A stretch of 56,228 nt of DNA from an uncultured Gammaproteobacteria bacterium (GCA_913048065.1 CAJWVG010000002.1:1-56228), one strand, 5' to 3'. Positions 27,694 to 39,379 are shown, numbered from the stretch's first letter. The notes: a model not told the origin generated them from the letters alone. Numbers and translations are program-made.

Positions 27694-28527
27694 CTATTTT
27701 CTCGAGCCCGGGCCATTAATTTCTAGCCCATTACTCATAAATGTCATAAAGTATTCCAGGTTCCTATACTCTGCATTTTGAGCTTTAAAAGGTTTTGCTC
27801 TAACTCTATTTAAACATCCAGCAAATCTCTCATGCAATGTCACAAGCCTTCCAGCACTTGATCTATATGCTGGGAAATGTGTGGGATGACCAATTCCTGG
27901 ACTTGGAATATCTGCTCGTAGTTTAGAACCTGTTTGGTAAACATGGCAGTCAGCACAAGAAAAATTTAATTGACCGACTTTTGTGAAATAAAGTTTTCTG
28001 CCCATCTCATAAGCATCTATAGCTTTGTCATTATTTGGTATTTCTACATTAATTATATTACCTCTTGATGTATAAGCCATATATGCTGAGATATCTGCCA
28101 TAGGGCCGCCCTTGTAATAACTAAGTGGTTTTTCACCATTCTTTTTTCTACATTCATTTATATCTTGCTCGAGTGTCACAACTTGTTCTTTTTCTTCATC
28201 AAAGTATGGGTAATTAGACCTAATACCAATACCTCCATTTTCGAAACAAGAAGCATAAGAATTACCATTCTTGAAAGGTGTATTAAAAAGCTCTTCACCT
28301 TGTTCAATGTTCAACTCATATGGAGGAAAGTCTTCTATCGATTCCCATTGTTCTCGAGAAGAACTATCAATGGAATATACACCATTTTTATAATCACTAA
28401 ATTCTGTATTAGGAAAACGTTTTTTAAAATGATCTCGAAAGATTTCTAAATCTTCTTCTGGAGATGCATAAGCTGTCAGGTTAAAAAATAAAACAATCAG
28501 CATAATTTTTTGTATATTACTCTTCAT
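27694..28527 (-). CDS. soxA: L-cysteine S-thiosulfotransferase subunit SoxA (single-haem type)
   Basis: Signal peptide. One 'CADCH' haem site. Distal Cys in 'ERFAGCLNR'. Follows soxXYZ. Confidence 0.88.
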   Translation of the reverse strand: MKSNIQKIMLIVLFFNLTAYASPEEDLEIFRDHFKKRFPNTEFSDYKNGVYSIDSSSREQWESIEDFPPYELNIEQGEELFNTPFKNGNSYASCFENGGIGIRSNYPYFDEEKEQVVTLEQDINECRKKNGEKPLSYYKGGPMADISAYMAYTSRGNIINVEIPNNDKAIDAYEMGRKLYFTKVGQLNFSCADCHVYQTGSKLRADIPSPGIGHPTHFPAYRSSAGRLVTLHERFAGCLNRVRAKPFKAQNAEYRNLEYFMTFMSNGLEINGPGSRK

Positions 28528-28538
28528 TGATTAGTTAC

Positions 28539-28847
28539 TTATTTAACCTCACTTATTTGCGAATCTGTATTTCCTTGATTGTCTAACCATGTTAGTTCTA
28601 ACTTATCACCCTTAGATCCGCTATAAGCAAAAGTAAGATATGGATTTTTTGACACTGCTGGCCCCCAATGAACTGTAATCACTTCTTCACCATTCGCTTT
28701 ACCAACAACTTCTTGTATGAAGTGAGCAGGAAACTTATCACCAGTTTTCTTATTAGTTCTTTGACCTGTTTCCATAGGATGTTTCATTAATGCCTTTACT
28801 GTAACAATACCCTTACTTTCTTTTGCTCTTATCTTTATTGTACTCAT
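28539..28847 (-). CDS. soxZ: thiosulfate oxidation carrier protein SoxZ
   Basis: 'KALMKHPMETGQR..G..FPAHFI' and 'SKNPYLTF'. 102 aa. Confidence 0.9.
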   Translation of the reverse strand: MSTIKIRAKESKGIVTVKALMKHPMETGQRTNKKTGDKFPAHFIQEVVGKANGEEVITVHWGPAVSKNPYLTFAYSGSKGDKLELTWLDNQGNTDSQISEVK

Positions 28848-28850
28848 GAT

Positions 28851-29315
28851 TTAACCTCCGCATCCGCCAATAGTTATTTTCACTTCTTTTGAAGCAGTAT
28901 AGATTTTTCCATCACTTTTGACTGCAGCCATGACAGTCGATGTCTTACCCATTTTAATTCTTGTTCCAATAATTGGTTGAGATTTAGTTGTAAGATTGTA
29001 GCCACATGATAGAGGTTGAGGATTATTTTCAACAAATACCATAATTGATTCAACATTATTCAAACTACTTTTAACATTTATTGGGACTATTGCACCATTT
29101 TCCGCTATATCTGGTGCTTTAAGTTTAATTTTAGATGTTTCATTGACATTATTATGTCCATAGACGCTTTTAATAGATTCATTTAAATCTGTTATATCAA
29201 ACGATTCTTTGGGCCATGCAGCAAAAACACGTTTAGGTTTAATAAGTAGCCCAGCAAAAGTAGTTATTGTTGCCGCAGTCATTAGAGAGTTTTTTAAAAA
29301 ATTTCTTCTATTCAT
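28851..29315 (-). CDS. soxY: thiosulfate oxidation carrier protein SoxY
   Basis: Tat signal 'MNRRNFLK'. Diagnostic C-terminal 'GGCGG'. Confidence 0.93.
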   Translation of the reverse strand: MNRRNFLKNSLMTAATITTFAGLLIKPKRVFAAWPKESFDITDLNESIKSVYGHNNVNETSKIKLKAPDIAENGAIVPINVKSSLNNVESIMVFVENNPQPLSCGYNLTTKSQPIIGTRIKMGKTSTVMAAVKSDGKIYTASKEVKITIGGCGG

Positions 29316-29323
29316 AATTTACC

Positions 29324-29665
29324 TCAGAGAGTATATAAATACTCAATTATTTTGTTTATTTCGTTTTTTGTTATTACTCCATGTTTGCCGAACGGTGGCA
29401 TAAATGAATTAGGATTCATTTTAGTTGGATCCCAGATTTGTTCAAAAAGAACATCTTTGTCAGGAAACCTAGCTTTCATTGCGATTAATGGAGGTCCGTT
29501 ATTACCTGCGAGTTCACCATCATCTATCATATGGCAAGCCAAGCAGTTACCTTTTTTTCTATCAAAAGCGAGTTTTTTGCCTTCTTCAATATCACTAGCG
29601 ATAGCAAAATTCCCAAAGCATAGAGCTATAAAAAGTACAGTAAGAGTTGTATTAAATATGTTCAT
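29324..29665 (-). CDS. soxX: monohaem cytochrome SoxX
   Basis: Signal peptide, 'CLACH', 'FMPPFGKH'. First gene of the soxXYZA run. Confidence 0.85.
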   Translation of the reverse strand: MNIFNTTLTVLFIALCFGNFAIASDIEEGKKLAFDRKKGNCLACHMIDDGELAGNNGPPLIAMKARFPDKDVLFEQIWDPTKMNPNSFMPPFGKHGVITKNEINKIIEYLYTL

Positions 29666-29712
29666 AATTTTCTAGTATATTATAGTACTCATAGACACAT
29701 AAAAAAACTACT

Positions 29713-31167
29713 TTAATTACAAGTTTTTTCACCAAATATCGGCTCTAGAGGCCTTGGACCACTACAAATAATTGACAGTTTTTTCTTTTCTAAGATTTGC
29801 TTTCTCAGAGAACTAATTTTATCCGATTTAATTGAATTATCGATAACCTCAAGAGCAACTTTTACTTCTCCCAATAGAACATAATAATCTGATAAAGAAA
29901 TAGCTGATTTATAATAATTATTTCTCATTGTGTGTAGTTTAGATAACAATCGAAGATAATTTGGGTTCAAGCTATAGTGACTTTTCAATGGTTCCAGTAA
30001 TTTCTCTGCATAATTTAGATTTTTATTATTTTCTATTAATATTTCAGCAATTGATAATGAAACCACTGAGTTTAATGGATAAATATTTTTTACATGATTT
30101 AATACAGTCAATGCTCCATCAACATCATTTTGATTAGCAAGAATCTTTGCGAATAATATAGATAAATATAAGTTATCTTGATTTTTTTTATAATGCTGAT
30201 AAATCGCTTTATGAGCGTTTTTATAATCTGATTTTTTAAAGTACAATAAACTCAATTTATGTGCAGTATATTTATCCTTATTATCTAAACGTTTTATTGA
30301 ATAATTAATGTCATCAATCGTCTCAGAAGATAAAATATTTTTTATGAAAATATAGTCATCTGTAGTATTTTTAAGAGCATTATTTTGTTTGACGGATCTA
30401 TTTTTTATATTAGCAATTCTATTTTCATACATAGGATGTGTTGATAGATATGCTAAACTACGTTGTATTTCACCTGTGGCATTCTGCATATCATAAAAGA
30501 AGTTTGCCATCTCATTAATACTATAATTAGATTTATACATGATATCAACTGCATAACCATCAGCTTCAACTTCATTCGCTCTTATTAGGTCAATATTAGC
30601 TTGCGCTGTTTGTCCGAGACCGAGTTTGAAGGCTGCTAAAGATGCCTCAGTATTCCCAGCAAAGATACCAGCAATAATTCCTACCCACATAGAAATACTA
30701 TTCATATTTGAACTTGCAATCATCTCTGCTGAGTGACGAAGTTTAATATGTGATATTTCGTGTGCTATTACTCCTGCTAATTGCGCTTCATTTTTTGTCA
30801 ACTTAATTAGCCCAGAATTTAATCCAATATAACCCCCTGGTACTGCAAAAGCATTGACATCATTGGAGTTAACAACAAAGAAATTGTATTTTCTTTTAGT
30901 ATCTAATACGTTTCTTGATAATAAATTCCCTAAATAATTCACATATGAAATGACTAAAGGATCATTATTAATATAATCGTACTGCTGTAATCTTCGATAT
31001 GTAGCTAATCCAATAATATCTTCATCTTTTAGAGGCAGAGTTGAGCTGTATGGGTCACCTAATTCAGGTGTATTGTTATCTGCACTCGTGAAATAGCTGA
31101 AAAGTAGTAAAGTTATGAATGTGGTTAGCAAAAAAGTTGTTGAATATTTTTTCATAATAACTACCAT
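29713..31167 (-). CDS. bepA: M48 metalloprotease with TPR domain (BepA/YfgC-like)
   Basis: 'AHEISH' HExxH motif. The N-terminus 'PELGDPYSS..L....E..IG' parallels BepA. C-terminal TPR-like repeats. Alternative start at ATG 31155. Confidence 0.85.
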   Translation of the reverse strand: MVVIMKKYSTTFLLTTFITLLLFSYFTSADNNTPELGDPYSSTLPLKDEDIIGLATYRRLQQYDYINNDPLVISYVNYLGNLLSRNVLDTKRKYNFFVVNSNDVNAFAVPGGYIGLNSGLIKLTKNEAQLAGVIAHEISHIKLRHSAEMIASSNMNSISMWVGIIAGIFAGNTEASLAAFKLGLGQTAQANIDLIRANEVEADGYAVDIMYKSNYSINEMANFFYDMQNATGEIQRSLAYLSTHPMYENRIANIKNRSVKQNNALKNTTDDYIFIKNILSSETIDDINYSIKRLDNKDKYTAHKLSLLYFKKSDYKNAHKAIYQHYKKNQDNLYLSILFAKILANQNDVDGALTVLNHVKNIYPLNSVVSLSIAEILIENNKNLNYAEKLLEPLKSHYSLNPNYLRLLSKLHTMRNNYYKSAISLSDYYVLLGEVKVALEVIDNSIKSDKISSLRKQILEKKKLSIICSGPRPLEPIFGEKTCN

Positions 31168-31242
31168 ATGGAATAGTATATTAATAAATTACTATATATT
31201 AATGATTACTAAATAAAACTATTATAACCCAAAGGTATTTTA

Positions 31243-31473
31243 ATGTCAGACTTTGATAAGGAAATAGATACTAGCGGCCTAAATTGCCCGCTACCCATAA
31301 TAAAAGCTAAAAAGGAAATTAATACTATGGAGACAGGACAAGTACTCCACATTATATCAACCGACCCAGGGGCAGTGAAAGATTTTGAATCTTTTGCTAA
31401 TCAAACTGGCAATGTATTAGTGAGCTCGGAAGAAAAAGATAGTAAATTTTATTTTCTATTAAAAAAGAATTAA
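31243..31473 (+). CDS. tusA: TusA/SirA-family sulfur carrier protein
   Basis: 76 aa with active-site motif 'GLNCPLPIIKAKK'. Confidence 0.8.
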   Translation: MSDFDKEIDTSGLNCPLPIIKAKKEINTMETGQVLHIISTDPGAVKDFESFANQTGNVLVSSEEKDSKFYFLLKKN

Positions 31474-31478
31474 AAGCT

Positions 31479-32096
31479 TTGCTCTATATATCTAGGTTAT
31501 TATCACTCATCGGGACAATTTCGATAATAATACTAGTAATAATTTCGTATTTAGCATATCAAATTACTAATCCAGAAAAAATAATATTTGATAATGAATA
31601 TGATGCAATTGTAATTTTGTCAGGAAATCCACAAAGAGCAATCACTGGCAGTAAGCTGTATAAAAGTAAATATTCAAAATATATTCTTCTTAGTAAGGAA
31701 GATAAAATAATTACAAATTATCTGAATCCAAAATTGTCCATAAAAACCTATGAACTTTACATCAGTATTATAGCTGCCAACCAAATAGATATTAACAATA
31801 TAATATTGTTCGGTATGGATAATACTAGCACATATAATGAAGCCAAATCTTTACGTGATCTTGAACTAAAAAATGTACACAAAGTTCTTATAGTTACTGA
31901 CAAATACCATATTTATAGAGCTAAGACTATATTTAATAATATTGTTTCTAGGTATCAAATGGACTTTTACTATGATAATGACCAGATAGATTGGACTATC
32001 AGCAAGTCATCATTATTAATTATATTTTCTGAAATATTGAAATCTATCTTATATTATGTATTTACTGATTTTGATAGATATTTGGGCAAAATTTAA
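31479..32096 (+). CDS. DUF218 (YdcF/ElyC-like) membrane-anchored protein
   Basis: N-terminal TM helix, 'AIVILSGNP', 'VTDKYHIYRA'. Apparent TTG start 5 nt after the tusA stop. Confidence 0.7.
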   Translation: MLYISRLLSLIGTISIIILVIISYLAYQITNPEKIIFDNEYDAIVILSGNPQRAITGSKLYKSKYSKYILLSKEDKIITNYLNPKLSIKTYELYISIIAANQIDINNIILFGMDNTSTYNEAKSLRDLELKNVHKVLIVTDKYHIYRAKTIFNNIVSRYQMDFYYDNDQIDWTISKSSLLIIFSEILKSILYYVFTDFDRYLGKI

Positions 32097-32184
32097 AATC
32101 TGATATAGTTATGAAGGCTATATATATAATGATGATTACATGAAAAAGATGTATCATGTACAGGGTAGAAAACCGAGAGAATAT

Positions 32185-33912
32185 ATGAAATTAAGCGGAT
32201 CAGAAATAATCATAGAATGTTTGAAGAAAGAAGGTGTAGACTTTATCTTTGGCTATCCTGGTGGTGCTGTGCTTCATATTTATGATGCACTATTTAATAC
32301 AGATAAAATCAAACATATCTTAGTTAGACATGAGCAGGGCGCAACACATGCTGCGGATGGATATGCACGAGCTTGTGGAAAACCAGGGGTGGTGCTAGTT
32401 ACATCTGGTCCAGGTATAACAAACTGTGTTACTGGTCTTGCAACCGCTCATATGGACTCGGTCCCAATGATTATAATATCTGGTCAAGTATCCAGACAGT
32501 ATGTTGGGAGCGATGCCTTTCAAGAAGCAGACGCGACTGGTATCACTAGACCAGTAACAAAACATAATTTTTTAATTGATAGTAGAGAATCAATTGCAGA
32601 AGTTTTTAAGAAAGCCTTTAAGATCGCTACGACGGGTAGACCTGGACCAGTTTTAATTGATATTCCAAAAGATTTAACTGACCCTAATGTAAAAATTAAC
32701 TTTGAATATCCCAAGAAAGTTAACATCAGGTCATACAAGCCTGCCATTAGTGAATCTGAAGCAAAAATACAACAGGCAGCAAAATTAATATGTTCTGCAA
32801 AAAAGCCTATGATTTATACTGGCGGGGGCATTATTCTAGGAAACGCCCATAAAGAACTAAATACTTTAGTTAAAAAGCTTAACTTTCCAATTACAAATAC
32901 ACTCATGGGTTTAGGTGGTTATCCGGCGACAGATAAGCAATTTCTTGGTATGTTAGGAATGCATGGAACTTATGAAGCAAATATGGCAATGCATGATTGT
33001 GATGTATTGTTAGCAATTGGAGCAAGATTTGATGATCGCGTTACAGGAGATACTTCAAAATTTTGTCCATCAGCAAAAATTATCCATATCGATGTTGACC
33101 CATCATCAATATCTAAAATAATCGAGGTAGATTTATCCCTTATAGGAGAAACATCAAAAATTCTAAAAGCATTAAATAAATCAATTAGTCCTTTTTTAAA
33201 ACATATTAATAAGACTTCGTTAAAAAAATGGTGGGCACAAATTGATAAATGGAAGTTAAAAAAATGTTTATCATATAAAAAATCTAAAAATATAATTAAA
33301 CCTCAGTCGGTAATTGAGACTTTATATGAAATTACAAAAGGCCAAGCATATGTAACTTCTGATGTAGGACAACATCAAATGTGGGCAGCCCAGTATTATA
33401 AGTTCGATAAGCCAAATAGATGGATTAATTCTGGTGGCTTGGGAACAATGGGTTTTGGATTACCTGCTGCTATGGGTGTAAAATTAGCTTACCCCAAATC
33501 AGATGTTATTTGCGTAACAGGTGAGGCAAGTATTTTGATGTGTATTCAAGAACTAGCGACATGCCTACAATATAGACTGCCAATTAAAGTTATTAATCTT
33601 AATAATAGATATATGGGAATGGTTAGGCAATGGCAAGAGTTTTTCTATGAAGGAAGATATGCTATGTCATATATGGAAGCATTACCTGATTTTACTCAAC
33701 TTGCTAATAGTTTTGGTCATATTGGTATTCAAATAGATAAACCATCTGACTTAGAACCTAAATTAAAAGAAGCAATGAAAATGAAAGATAGATTAGTATT
33801 TGTAGATGTAATTACTGATCAAGAAGAAAATGTATATCCAATGATTAAGAGCGGACAAGCACATAATGAAATGCATCTCTCACCGACTAGCAAAGATACG
33901 GAGTTAGCTTAA
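32185..33912 (+). CDS. ilvI: acetolactate synthase large subunit
   Basis: 'MKLSGSEIIIECLKKEGVDFIFGYPGGAVLHIYDAL' aligns with the E. coli IlvI N-terminus. ThDP motif 'GGLGTMGFGLPAA'. The ORF-track start at 32140 is probably too far upstream. Confidence 0.95.
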   Translation: MKLSGSEIIIECLKKEGVDFIFGYPGGAVLHIYDALFNTDKIKHILVRHEQGATHAADGYARACGKPGVVLVTSGPGITNCVTGLATAHMDSVPMIIISGQVSRQYVGSDAFQEADATGITRPVTKHNFLIDSRESIAEVFKKAFKIATTGRPGPVLIDIPKDLTDPNVKINFEYPKKVNIRSYKPAISESEAKIQQAAKLICSAKKPMIYTGGGIILGNAHKELNTLVKKLNFPITNTLMGLGGYPATDKQFLGMLGMHGTYEANMAMHDCDVLLAIGARFDDRVTGDTSKFCPSAKIIHIDVDPSSISKIIEVDLSLIGETSKILKALNKSISPFLKHINKTSLKKWWAQIDKWKLKKCLSYKKSKNIIKPQSVIETLYEITKGQAYVTSDVGQHQMWAAQYYKFDKPNRWINSGGLGTMGFGLPAAMGVKLAYPKSDVICVTGEASILMCIQELATCLQYRLPIKVINLNNRYMGMVRQWQEFFYEGRYAMSYMEALPDFTQLANSFGHIGIQIDKPSDLEPKLKEAMKMKDRLVFVDVITDQEENVYPMIKSGQAHNEMHLSPTSKDTELA

Positions 33913-33914
33913 TC

Positions 33915-34421
33915 ATGAAAGAAAGAAGACATATTATCTCTTTACTCGTAGAAAATGAGTTTGGCTCATTATCGCGTATTGCTGGATTATTTTCTGCACG
34001 AGGTTATAACATACATTGTCTAAACGTAGCTCCTACAAACGATGAATCAATTTCCAGAATGACCTTGGTGACGTTATGTGATGACTTAAAGATTAGTCAA
34101 CTAATGAAACAGTTAAATAAACTCGTTGATGTGGTAAATGTCAAAGATTTAACTGAAGAAACACATATAGAGCGTGAAATGTTGCTTTTGAAATTAAAAT
34201 GTAATAAAAAACAAAGAGATGAGATTAAAAGACTAACAGACATATTTAGAGCTAGAATTATTGATGTGACAGATACGACTTACACTATAGAATTAACTGG
34301 TGCAACAGAAAAGATTTTAGCTTTTATTAATTCAATGGGAAAAATAAAAATAATAGAGATGGTCCGCTCAGGTGCATTGGGTATTAGTCGCGGTATTGAT
34401 AGTCTAGAAAATATAAAGTGA
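33915..34421 (+). CDS. ilvH: acetolactate synthase small (regulatory) subunit
   Basis: ACT domain 'HIISLLVENEFGSLSRIAGLFSARGYNI'. Follows ilvI. Confidence 0.93.
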   Translation: MKERRHIISLLVENEFGSLSRIAGLFSARGYNIHCLNVAPTNDESISRMTLVTLCDDLKISQLMKQLNKLVDVVNVKDLTEETHIEREMLLLKLKCNKKQRDEIKRLTDIFRARIIDVTDTTYTIELTGATEKILAFINSMGKIKIIEMVRSGALGISRGIDSLENIK

Positions 34422-36226
<1,805 letters not shown>

Positions 36227-36372
36227 TTTTCCTTGCAAATTTAGTTTTTTGATATAGAGTTTGAGTTATGATTAAAGCTGAATTCAATATTAATCACCTC
36301 TTAATTAATAGTCTCTTAGAACTATCATTTTAGTTCTATCTGGGGCCTAAAAACTATATTCTATAAATAAAT

Positions 36373-37914
36373 ATGAGCAATAAAAATTTAATAATTTTTG
36401 ACACAACCTTAAGAGATGGAGAGCAGAGTCCAGGCGCTTCAATGGATATAGATGAGAAAATGCAAATTGCTTCTGCTCTTGAGGATTTAAATGTTGATAT
36501 TATTGAGGCTGGCTTTCCAATTGCAAGCCAGGGTGATTTTAAAGCTGTCCAAGAAATATCAAGTGCAATAAAAAAATCTAGCATATGTGCTCTTGCGCGA
36601 GCTTTAGACAAAGATATAGAGAGAGCGGCGGAGTCATTAAGAGATGCTCAATATCCTAGAATACATACTTTTATTGCTACATCTCCAATACATATGGAAA
36701 AGAAATTAAAAATGTCACCTGAAAAAGTTTTAGCTAAAGCAGTTGATGCGATTAAACTAGCCAAAACCTTTACTGATGATGTTGAGTTTTCACCAGAAGA
36801 TGCTGGAAGATCAGAGTTAAAATTTCTTTGTGACGTCATTGAGGCAGCTATTGATGCTGGCGCAAAGACCATAAATATACCTGACACTGTTGGTTATAAC
36901 TTGCCTCATCAATTTGGAACATTGATTAGTAATATAATTAAAAATGTCAATAATTCCGACAAAGCTATATTTTCTGTACATTGTCATAATGATTTAGGCT
37001 TAGCTGTTGGTAACTCATTATCAGCCGTTCTTAGTGGGGCAAGACAAGTTGAATGCACAATAAACGGCCTAGGAGAAAGAGCTGGTAATGCTGCTTTAGA
37101 GGAAATTGTCATGACCGTCAGAACTAGACAAGACATTTTTAATTGCGACACCAGGATAAATTCAAAAAATATTTTAAAATGTTCAAGATTAGTTTCAGGT
37201 ATAACTGGTTTTCCCGTACAACCTAACAAAGCAATAGTAGGAAAAAATGCTTTTGCGCATGAATCAGGAATACATCAAGATGGAATTATTAAATCAAGAG
37301 AAACATACGAAATTATGAGAGCTGAAGATATAGGTCTGGTAAGTAATTCGCTTGTTCTAGGTAAACATTCTGGCAGAAGCGCATTTAAGCAAAAACTTGA
37401 TGACTTAAATATTATGCCAAAAAATGACAGTATTCTAGATGATTTATTTTTCAAATTTAAAGACTTAGCTGATAAAAAACATGAAATATTTGATGAAGAT
37501 TTGATCAATATAGCCTCCAATATTAAAGTAGCTGAGAATTCAATAAACTTTAACTATATGAATGTTGTTACTGAAAGCAATAAAAAGCCTCATGCACATA
37601 TTAAACTTGAGATAGATGGTAAAATTCTGGAATCAAAGGCTAGCGGAGACGGTGCTGTAGATGCTGCATATAATGCTATCGAGGATATTATTAAAAGCAA
37701 ATGTAAGTTGATTCTTTATTCTGTCAATAATATTACGTCTGGGACAGACGCTCAGGGTGAAGTAACTGTGAGAATAACAAAAGATAATAGTATTTTTAAT
37801 GGTCATGGGGCAGACACAGATATAGTTAAAGCTTCAGTTTTAGCTCTAATTAATGCACTCAATAAATTTAAACAGAACCCAAATCAAAACTCGTCAAAAA
37901 AACGTGGAATTTAA
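36373..37914 (+). CDS. leuA: 2-isopropylmalate synthase
   Basis: 'IFDTTLRDGEQSPG', 'HCHNDLGLAV'. C-terminal LeuA dimerisation/regulatory domain. Confidence 0.96.
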   Translation: MSNKNLIIFDTTLRDGEQSPGASMDIDEKMQIASALEDLNVDIIEAGFPIASQGDFKAVQEISSAIKKSSICALARALDKDIERAAESLRDAQYPRIHTFIATSPIHMEKKLKMSPEKVLAKAVDAIKLAKTFTDDVEFSPEDAGRSELKFLCDVIEAAIDAGAKTINIPDTVGYNLPHQFGTLISNIIKNVNNSDKAIFSVHCHNDLGLAVGNSLSAVLSGARQVECTINGLGERAGNAALEEIVMTVRTRQDIFNCDTRINSKNILKCSRLVSGITGFPVQPNKAIVGKNAFAHESGIHQDGIIKSRETYEIMRAEDIGLVSNSLVLGKHSGRSAFKQKLDDLNIMPKNDSILDDLFFKFKDLADKKHEIFDEDLINIASNIKVAENSINFNYMNVVTESNKKPHAHIKLEIDGKILESKASGDGAVDAAYNAIEDIIKSKCKLILYSVNNITSGTDAQGEVTVRITKDNSIFNGHGADTDIVKASVLALINALNKFKQNPNQNSSKKRGI

Positions 37915-38564
37915 TGGTAGATAAAACCCGCTTATATTTATCTGAAATGGGTGTAGATATATTCTGGTTTAGGACTAAGCCCATAACTAATCATGGGTCT
38001 GATGATAATCTTTCTATAATAGAAAAAAATGTTGAAGATTGTAAAAAATGTTCGCTACATAAAATAAGAGACAATATTGTTTTTGGCGATGGAGATAGTT
38101 CAGCAGATTTAATGATAATTGGTGAAGCCCCGGGCCGGGAAGAGGATAAGGCAGGCAAACCTTTTATTGGGAGAGCAGGAAAACTATTAAACTCTTTTTT
38201 ATCCTCAATTAATCTTGATCGTGAATCTATATTTATTACTAATACTGTCAAATGCAGACCTCCTGAAAACCGCAACCCCAGCGAAGCTGAAATTCAATCC
38301 TGTTCAGGCTTTCTTGACCGACAAATAGATATAATTAAGCCTAAAGTACTTGTTCTTTTGGGAAAAATTGCAGCAAACCGACTATTAAATCAGGATAAAC
38401 CAATTTCTGAGTTGAGATTAAAAAAATTTTTTATTGAAAAATATAATATCCCTATTATAGTTTTTTATCACCCAGCCTATATTTTAAGAAGTCCATCACA
38501 AAAGACTAAAGTTTGGGATGATTTAAAATTTTTAAAAAGTATAATAAGTTCTGATGATTGCTAA
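37914..38564 (+). CDS. family 4 uracil-DNA glycosylase
   Basis: 'GEAPG', 'FYHPAYILR'. Fe-S Cys set 'CKKC...C......C'. Confidence 0.88.
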   Translation: MVDKTRLYLSEMGVDIFWFRTKPITNHGSDDNLSIIEKNVEDCKKCSLHKIRDNIVFGDGDSSADLMIIGEAPGREEDKAGKPFIGRAGKLLNSFLSSINLDRESIFITNTVKCRPPENRNPSEAEIQSCSGFLDRQIDIIKPKVLVLLGKIAANRLLNQDKPISELRLKKFFIEKYNIPIIVFYHPAYILRSPSQKTKVWDDLKFLKSIISSDDC

Positions 38565-39018
38565 TTTATTACAGTTTATAGATTTTGAAGATATGCGCAT
38601 GATTGATTTAGATCAGGTATATGATTTAGAATGTAGGTCTTATGAATTTCCATGGTCAAGGAATATACTAAAAGACTGTTTGCTTAATAAATATGATTTT
38701 TATATAGCAAGCTATAATAATAAAATTATTGGTTATGTAATTTCTAAAATATCAACTCATGAGAGTCATATTTTAAATCTTACTATTGATAAAGATTATA
38801 GGGGTAACGGCATTGCATCGGAGCTAATTGAAATGATAATAGCCAAATGCCATGTCCTTGGATCTAAAATGATTTTCTTAGAAACAAGAGTTACCAATAA
38901 ACCCGCTAAAAAGCTATATGAAAAATATAACTTCCATACTATAGGTATACGAAAAGGCTATTATAAGACGTCTGCGGGTAGAGAGGATGCTGTAGTATAT
39001 AGATGCTTAATTGATTAG
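38554..39018 (+). CDS. rimI: ribosomal-protein-alanine N-acetyltransferase (GNAT)
   Basis: GNAT core 'YRGNGIASELI'. 154 aa. Typical udg/rimI pairing. Confidence 0.8.
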   Translation: MIANLLQFIDFEDMRMIDLDQVYDLECRSYEFPWSRNILKDCLLNKYDFYIASYNNKIIGYVISKISTHESHILNLTIDKDYRGNGIASELIEMIIAKCHVLGSKMIFLETRVTNKPAKKLYEKYNFHTIGIRKGYYKTSAGREDAVVYRCLID

Positions 39019-39281
39019 CACTCGTCGTTACTCAAAGCTTTAATTGATAAAGCATGTATCTCTGTCTCCATTAGTTGACCTAGAGTTTGATAAATTAACT
39101 TATGCCTCTGGACCATATTTTTTCCTTTAAATGAATCAGATACAATATATAGCTTAAAATGACCCCCAGATTTTGCTCCAGCGTGACCAACGTGTAAATG
39201 TCCTTCATCTTCTATATTAATTTTTATTGGCTCAAGAGATTGTAGGCTATTTTGTATTAATTTAATTCTTTTTTCACTCAT
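39015..39281 (-). CDS. BolA-family protein
   Basis: 'HFKLYIVSDSFKGKNMVQRHKLIY' BolA signature. 88 aa. Confidence 0.8.
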   Translation of the reverse strand: MSEKRIKLIQNSLQSLEPIKINIEDEGHLHVGHAGAKSGGHFKLYIVSDSFKGKNMVQRHKLIYQTLGQLMETEIHALSIKALSNDEC

Positions 39282-39379
39282 TTTCTAATTATATGATAAT
39301 TTTTAAAAAATTATATAAGAAATGAGTGTTATGAAACTTTATGCTAGAATTATATTAGTTTTGTGTATTTAGGCTAATT

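Noticed and set aside
27704-27717. CTCGAGCCCGGGCC, adjacent XhoI- and SmaI-like sites that resemble a cloning polylinker in an AT-rich genome
   Set aside because: The string is in frame as the SoxA C-terminus (..NGPGSRK-stop). Similar CCCGGG strings occur inside conserved motifs of secA (about 7257) and udg (GEAPG, about 38131). There is no vector-like flanking sequence.
29352-29675. 107-aa plus-strand ORF covering the whole of soxX (the neighbouring ORF at 29209-29403 has the same problem)
   Set aside because: It is antisense to soxX, which has a signal peptide and a CxxCH motif. The shadow-frame translation has no recognisable features.
32097-32184. Possible ilv leader peptide or attenuator upstream of ilvI, including the 15-codon extension MKKMYHVQGRKPREY
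   Set aside because: There is no run of Ile/Leu/Val codons and no terminator-like hairpin. The extension is simply upstream in-frame sequence before the conserved IlvI N-terminus.
39296-39314. 19-bp perfect palindrome ATAATTTTT-A-AAAAATTAT in the bolA/trpS divergent spacer
   Set aside because: It is composed only of A/T. Such palindromes are expected by chance in ~30% G+C intergenic DNA. It is probably just a curved, UP-element-like promoter region.
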